64,000 nucleotides of DNA, taken from contig CDROCS010002637.1 in assembly GCA_977020255.1 (NCBI GenBank), positions 1-64,000 on the forward strand. The letters are read 5' to 3'. A program made the position numbers and the translations under genes. Shown here piece by piece: positions 62,069 to 64,000 of this stretch (its first letter is position 1; the number at the start of each line of letters is the position of its first letter). The stretch is from Obrimoposthia wandeli. Lineage: Eukaryota. Under the pieces are notes generated by a model. The model saw nothing but the letters and a program-made list of their open reading frames with translations. It had not been told where the DNA came from and searched no databases.

Positions 62069-64000
62069 GACAACTACGCGGGCTTCAGTTTGGCTTGCTG
62101 CTAGTATGCTGGGTATGATTTTATTAAGTTTGATAAGCTCAGTGCTACTTTTTAAGCAAATATCTAGATTACAAATCAGCAGTGAACGCTCCGAGATGGC
62201 TTTTTTTATGCATCAATACGAGTATGAGTTGCAACGTGCGACAACGTCTTTCGTTGAGGCTTATCCCGAGCCAAAACATAACGATAGTACTGAAATTTTT
62301 GACAAGTGGTTTAATATATTACTCAGTCGTGTCGATAGCATTAGTGAAGGCCCCCTAGGTATTCGCGCTATTAATGATGGATTTGATTTAAACGCGTTAC
62401 AGTACTCTACCGGTAAAATTGAAGCACTTTTACTGGGAACGAAGTTGATTACCAGTGATGAGTTTTTGACTGTGCGTACTCTGTTTTATCAGCAGATAGA
62501 AGCGTCGCACAACTATCAGTTAAAAAGAAACTTTGTCTTTCGCAATGAAGCGTTGGAGCGACAACGTAAGACCTATATCTCCTACCGTAACTCCATACTG
62601 CTCAGTATAATTACTTTTGTGATCGGCTTATTTATGGTGTTCTATCTCTTTGGCAACAACAAAAAACTGATTTTTTTGCAACGTACTTTAGAAGAAAAAG
62701 TTCTATTGCGGACCAAAGCCTTACGCGACAAAAATAGGCATTTACGTAGTGAAGTTGATGAGCGTAATAAAACGCAAGCAAAGCTAGAATCAAGTCAGCA
62801 ACAAATTGAGCTAGCTCATGAAAAGCTGGTGTTTCAAGCTAACTATGATTCCTTAACCGAATTAGCCAATCGAAGCTTCTTCCTCAGTTGCTTTTCCGAT
62901 GCTATTTGCCGAGCACAACGAAACGGTACGCTAGTCGCACTTTTATTCCTAGATTTAGACCGCTTTAAACACGTTAACGATACTATGGGGCACTCGTTTG
63001 GTGATTTATTACTCAAAGAGACATCTCAGAGAATTAATGCAGTACTGCGTACAAGTGATACAGCCGCTCGTTTTGGTGGTGATGAATTTGCAGTGGTACT
63101 CAATGACATTATTGATATTCGTACCATTGATTTAATTGTTGAACGTATTTTGGAAAGTTTGGCCAAGCCATTTCGCCTAGGAGGCAACGATGCTTTCGTC
63201 TCTGCCAGTATAGGTATTGCTATTTATCCTGCCGATGGCGAAAATTCTGAAACATTATTGCGTAAAGCAGACAGTGCGATGTATAAAGCAAAAGAGCTGG
63301 GCCGTAATAACTACCAATACTTTACGTTGGAAATGGATTTACAGGCAAATCAAAGGCGTAAACTAGAGGCTGCGTTATACAAAGCGATGGACAATAAAGA
63401 ATTTAGTTTGAACTTTCAGCCTATCTACAATCTTGAACTGCAAAAAACAGTGGGCGCTGAAGTGCTGTTACGCTGGAAGCATCCGGAGCGTGGATTTATC
63501 TCACCGGCGGAATTTATCCCCTTAGCGGAAGAAGTAGGTTTGATAATTCCTATTGGTGAATGGGTGTTACGCAGTGCCTGTCATTACGCAGCGCAATGGC
63601 CATTGGATGAGAAAGTACCCATGCATATAGCGGTCAATATGTCCTCGCGACAATTTCAGAAAACGGATGTCGCTAGTCTGGTTGAGGAAGTATTGACTGA
63701 AAGTGACCTACCTGCACACCGTTTAGTCTTAGAAATAACGGAAGGCCTACTCATGTCAGATAACCTTCAGATCAGACAGCAGTTAGAGCATATAAGGATG
63801 CTAGGTGTTGGTTTGGCAATAGATGACTTTGGCACGGGTTATTCCTCTTTGAGTTATCTTAAAAAGTTCCCGATCACCACACTGAAGATAGATCAGTCGT
63901 TCATCAAAGACATTAATGTTGATTCTGATGACGATGAACTGATCAAAGGTATTATTTCAATGGCGCATAATTTGCGTTTAAACGTTATCGCCGAAGGTGT
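62061..64000 (+). CDS. Membrane-anchored GGDEF-EAL protein, DcpA-like; 3' end beyond the window; absent from the ORF track
   Basis: My translation from ATG 62061 stays open to 64000: TM1, about 145-aa periplasmic region (WFNILLSRVD), TM2, coiled coil, DLDRFKHVND..RTSD..GGDEF (63075-63089), EVLLRW, EITE, DDFGTGYSSL. Confidence 0.93.
   Translation, partial: MTKTTTRASVWLAASMLGMILLSLISSVLLFKQISRLQISSERSEMAFFMHQYEYELQRATTSFVEAYPEPKHNDSTEIFDKWFNILLSRVDSISEGPLGIRAINDGFDLNALQYSTGKIEALLLGTKLITSDEFLTVRTLFYQQIEASHNYQLKRNFVFRNEALERQRKTYISYRNSILLSIITFVIGLFMVFYLFGNNKKLIFLQRTLEEKVLLRTKALRDKNRHLRSEVDERNKTQAKLESSQQQIELAHEKLVFQANYDSLTELANRSFFLSCFSDAICRAQRNGTLVALLFLDLDRFKHVNDTMGHSFGDLLLKETSQRINAVLRTSDTAARFGGDEFAVVLNDIIDIRTIDLIVERILESLAKPFRLGGNDAFVSASIGIAIYPADGENSETLLRKADSAMYKAKELGRNNYQYFTLEMDLQANQRRKLEAALYKAMDNKEFSLNFQPIYNLELQKTVGAEVLLRWKHPERGFISPAEFIPLAEEVGLIIPIGEWVLRSACHYAAQWPLDEKVPMHIAVNMSSRQFQKTDVASLVEEVLTESDLPAHRLVLEITEGLLMSDNLQIRQQLEHIRMLGVGLAIDDFGTGYSSLSYLKKFPITTLKIDQSFIKDINVDSDDDELIKGIISMAHNLRLNVIAEG

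Noticed and set aside
1-64000. CRISPR arrays, tRNA/rRNA, prophage, integron or defence islands
   Set aside because: No regularly spaced direct repeats, tRNA cloverleaf motifs, integrase, cas or phage genes seen by eye; tRNAscan, CRISPR finders and DefenseFinder were not run.

Overview
Core chromosome of a marine, Na+-dependent gammaproteobacterium; gene order and low-to-mid-40s %GC suggest Oceanospirillales (inference). It contains housekeeping blocks: cvfB/rluE/acnB; tcdA; hisC; a TPP-riboswitch thiO-thiS-thiG-thiE operon; asd-asd2-fimV-truA-trpFBA-accD-folC-dedD-cvpA-purF; dusC-maf-yceD-rpmF-fabDG-acpP-fabF-pabC-mltG-tmk-holB-pilZ-tatD; and nqrABCDEF-apbE-nqrM-sthA. I saw no rRNA, tRNA, CRISPR array, prophage or intact transposase. 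Items outside the ORF track: rpmF (59 aa), a GGDEF-EAL gene running off the right edge, a TPP riboswitch, a 258-bp IS5-type MITE with CTAA target duplication, a probable plsX relic coinciding with a cUUCGg hairpin, a sigma28-like promoter on a DUF5610 gene, and an ATTGTCGACAAT palindrome upstream of acnB. The most interesting biology is c-di-GMP related: a PruR-like Cys-less SUOX-fold periplasmic protein coupled to a DcpA-like membrane GGDEF-EAL (candidate pterin sensing), an Hpt + degenerate HD-GYP fusion, and a degenerate GGDEF with intact I-site. Several conserved genes (perM-like, acnB, trpB, a REC-DUF3369 gene) are broken in short garbled patches that look like consensus errors, so pseudogene calls here need read-level confirmation.
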